Below are positions 62,190 to 64,000 of a stretch of DNA of 64,000 bases, in pieces. Both the position numbers and the translations under genes were made by a program. Source of the stretch: an uncultured Acidobacteriota bacterium (lineage in GTDB: Bacteria > Acidobacteriota > Terriglobia > Terriglobales > Acidobacteriaceae); assembly GCA_963819365.1 (NCBI GenBank), contig CAWFVY010000005.1, forward strand, positions 8,809 through 72,808, given 5' to 3'. Position 1 is the stretch's first letter; every line of letters starts with the position of its first letter. Under the pieces are notes generated by a model. It searched no databases. It saw nothing but the letters and a program-made list of their open reading frames with translations, and had not been told where the DNA came from.

Positions 62190-62942
62190 TTGAGCGCCCT
62201 GACACAACCTAACGCCGTAGTTTCGCTCTCGATGCTTGAAGCACAAGCCGACATCGAAATGCCGCTGAGCCGATGGTCCCTCTCGCCCCTCAAGCGCGCC
62301 TTCGATATCGCCGTGGTGTGCGCGGCGTCTCCACTCGTCTGTCCTCTATTCCTCATCATCGCGGCCGCCGTGCGCTTGTCCTCGCCCGGGCCCGCCATCT
62401 TCCGGCAGACGCGCATCGGCGCGCGCGCAAAGCCCTTCACCATCCTCAAATTCAGAACCATGCTCGTGCCCGACGCCGGCGAGCAGCACGGCATCGCATC
62501 CGCAGCCGCGGAAAGAATCACGCCCATCGGAGAAATCCTGCGGAAACTCAAGCTCGATGAGCTACCCCAGTTCTTCAACGTCCTTCGCGGAGACATGAGC
62601 CTCGTCGGTCCCCGCCCAAAAATCGCGGAACAGCAGATCGGCGTCTTCCTCTGCAAGCCGGGAATCACCGGAGCAGCAACGCTCGCTTTCGCACGCGAAG
62701 AATCGTTCCTCTCGCAGATACCCGCGGAATCCCTCCCCCGGTACTTCCGGAAACACGTTCTGCCGGCCAAGCATGCGCTCGACTCAGCCTACATGGCGCA
62801 GGCCACCCTCTCCTCTGACCTGCGTCTTCTTCTGCTCACAGCTTTCGGTAGATGGCACGCGCCACAACTCACCGCGCACGATACCCGAGAGTCGCGCCCG
62901 CCAACCGACCCCGACCCCATCTGCGGCAGCGAACCCGCATAA
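62190..62942 (+). CDS. Bacterial sugar transferase (priming glycosyltransferase, WcaJ/WbaP C-domain)
   Basis: KRAFDI, FRQTRIG, KFRTM, LDELPQFFNVLRGDMSLVGPRP, KPGITG. Confidence 0.93.
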   Translation: MSALTQPNAVVSLSMLEAQADIEMPLSRWSLSPLKRAFDIAVVCAASPLVCPLFLIIAAAVRLSSPGPAIFRQTRIGARAKPFTILKFRTMLVPDAGEQHGIASAAAERITPIGEILRKLKLDELPQFFNVLRGDMSLVGPRPKIAEQQIGVFLCKPGITGAATLAFAREESFLSQIPAESLPRYFRKHVLPAKHALDSAYMAQATLSSDLRLLLLTAFGRWHAPQLTAHDTRESRPPTDPDPICGSEPA

Positions 62943-62998
62943 TCCCGCCACAGTGCATCGACATAGGTCTGTCTTGTAAATCCGCATAAATAAATAGG

Positions 62999-63056
62999 TG
63001 TCATCCTGAGCGGAGCAGGTGCGGTTCTTTGTACCTGCGGAGTCGAAGGATCTGCG
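62999..63056 (+). repeat. REP-like palindromic intergenic element
   Basis: TGTCATCCTGAGCGGA...GAGTCGAAGGATCTGC with internal hairpin GCAGGT..ACCTGC; resembles GTCATCCTGAGC...GAAGGATCT intergenic repeats. Only one copy is seen here. Confidence 0.4.
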
Positions 63057-63138
63057 GTTGCATTTGCGGCCAGCCGAGGCCATCGTCTACGATGGCCCCT
63101 GATTGCTGGCCCACCTTCCGCGCCCACGGAGCCCGCCG

Positions 63139-64000
63139 ATGACAAGGTCTTTGCTGTCCCGCTTTGCCTTCTTCGCCCTGCTCGTCTCAACCTCGCTCTT
63201 CGGGCAAGTCACCACCCAGATCGCTCCACCCCAGGCCCAGGCCACCGCTCCAGCTCCTGTCCCGCCCGACGCCCCCTACAAAAACTCCGCTCTTCCCGTC
63301 GAACAGCGTGTCACCGACCTGCTCTCCCGCATGACCCTCGACGAAAAAATCTCCATGCTCGCCGGCTCCGGCTGGATGGAGTCCACGCCCGTCCCGCGCC
63401 TCGGCATCCCCGCCATCAAAATGGCCGACGGCCCCCTCGGCGTACGCTCATGGCTCGGCAGTTCCGCAATCACCTCGTCCACCAACGCGCCCGTCAAAAT
63501 CGAATCCACCTCCTTCCCCTCCGGCGTCTGCATGGCGGCCTCGTGGGATACCGCCCTCACCCAGAAAGAAGGACAGGCCATCGCGCAGGAGGTCAAGGCG
63601 CTGGGCCGCGACATGATCCTCGGCCCCACCGTCAACATCAACCGCCAGCCGCTCTGGGGCCGCAACTTTGAAGGCTACGGCGAGGACCCCTACCTCTCCG
63701 GCAAGCTCGGCGTCGCCTACATCCGCGGCGTGCAGGGCGAAGGCGTGATTCCCAGTCTCAAGCACTTCGCCGCCAACAACCAGGAGTTCGAGCGCCACCG
63801 CGTCAACGAAACCATCAGCGAGCGCGCGCTCCACGAAATCTACCTCCCCGCCTTCAAAGCCGGCGTCCAGGAAGGCGGTGTGTGGAACGTCATGTCGGCC
63901 TATCAACTGGTGAACGGCGCGCACCTGGCCGAGAGCACCCCTCTTCTCCGCGACGTCCTTCAGCAGGAGTTCGGCTTCCAGGGCTTCGTCATCTCTGACT
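63139..64000 (+). CDS. GH3 beta-glucosidase (partial, runs off the window)
   Basis: Signal peptide, RMTLDEKI, IKMADGP, GRNFEGYGEDP, KHFAAN, VMSAY, GFVISD. Confidence 0.92.
   Translation, partial: MTRSLLSRFAFFALLVSTSLFGQVTTQIAPPQAQATAPAPVPPDAPYKNSALPVEQRVTDLLSRMTLDEKISMLAGSGWMESTPVPRLGIPAIKMADGPLGVRSWLGSSAITSSTNAPVKIESTSFPSGVCMAASWDTALTQKEGQAIAQEVKALGRDMILGPTVNINRQPLWGRNFEGYGEDPYLSGKLGVAYIRGVQGEGVIPSLKHFAANNQEFERHRVNETISERALHEIYLPAFKAGVQEGGVWNVMSAYQLVNGAHLAESTPLLRDVLQQEFGFQGFVISD

Overview
The window has two halves. (1) 1-~29.72 kb is the right-hand part of an integrative conjugative element (ICE), almost entirely on the minus strand. It carries a tyrosine integrase, an excisionase, a VirB1/2/3/4/5/6/8/9/10-like T4SS, a VirD4 coupling protein, a Replic_Relax/MOB_C-type relaxase, an AEP primase with a Zn finger and SSB. 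Its left end lies outside the window. It is inserted in the anticodon loop of tRNA-Leu(UAA), and only the 5' half of that tRNA remains at this junction. The standout is a ~860-aa gene inside the transfer cluster (9587-12168). It shows, in order, the motifs of single-chain two-barrel RNA polymerases (eukaryotic RdRP/QDE-1 and phage YonO type), with a GGDFDFD catalytic loop. Five ICE operons share one promoter-like motif (ATTTGACCGA...CAnnnT), and there is a 36-bp/108-bp hierarchical repeat array. (2) ~29.9-64 kb is host chromosome, probably Acidobacteriota (inferred from gene content): nagB, fumC, Slt, ECF sigma/anti-sigma, hrpB, a TonB receptor, an exopolysaccharide locus interleaved with an HprK-like kinase, a nucleotidyltransferase, a two-component system and cupredoxin/cytochrome c genes, and a partial GH3 gene. 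Many genes are split by single-base frameshifts, most likely assembly indels, so joined coordinates are approximate. All family assignments come from motif recognition by eye; no searches were run.
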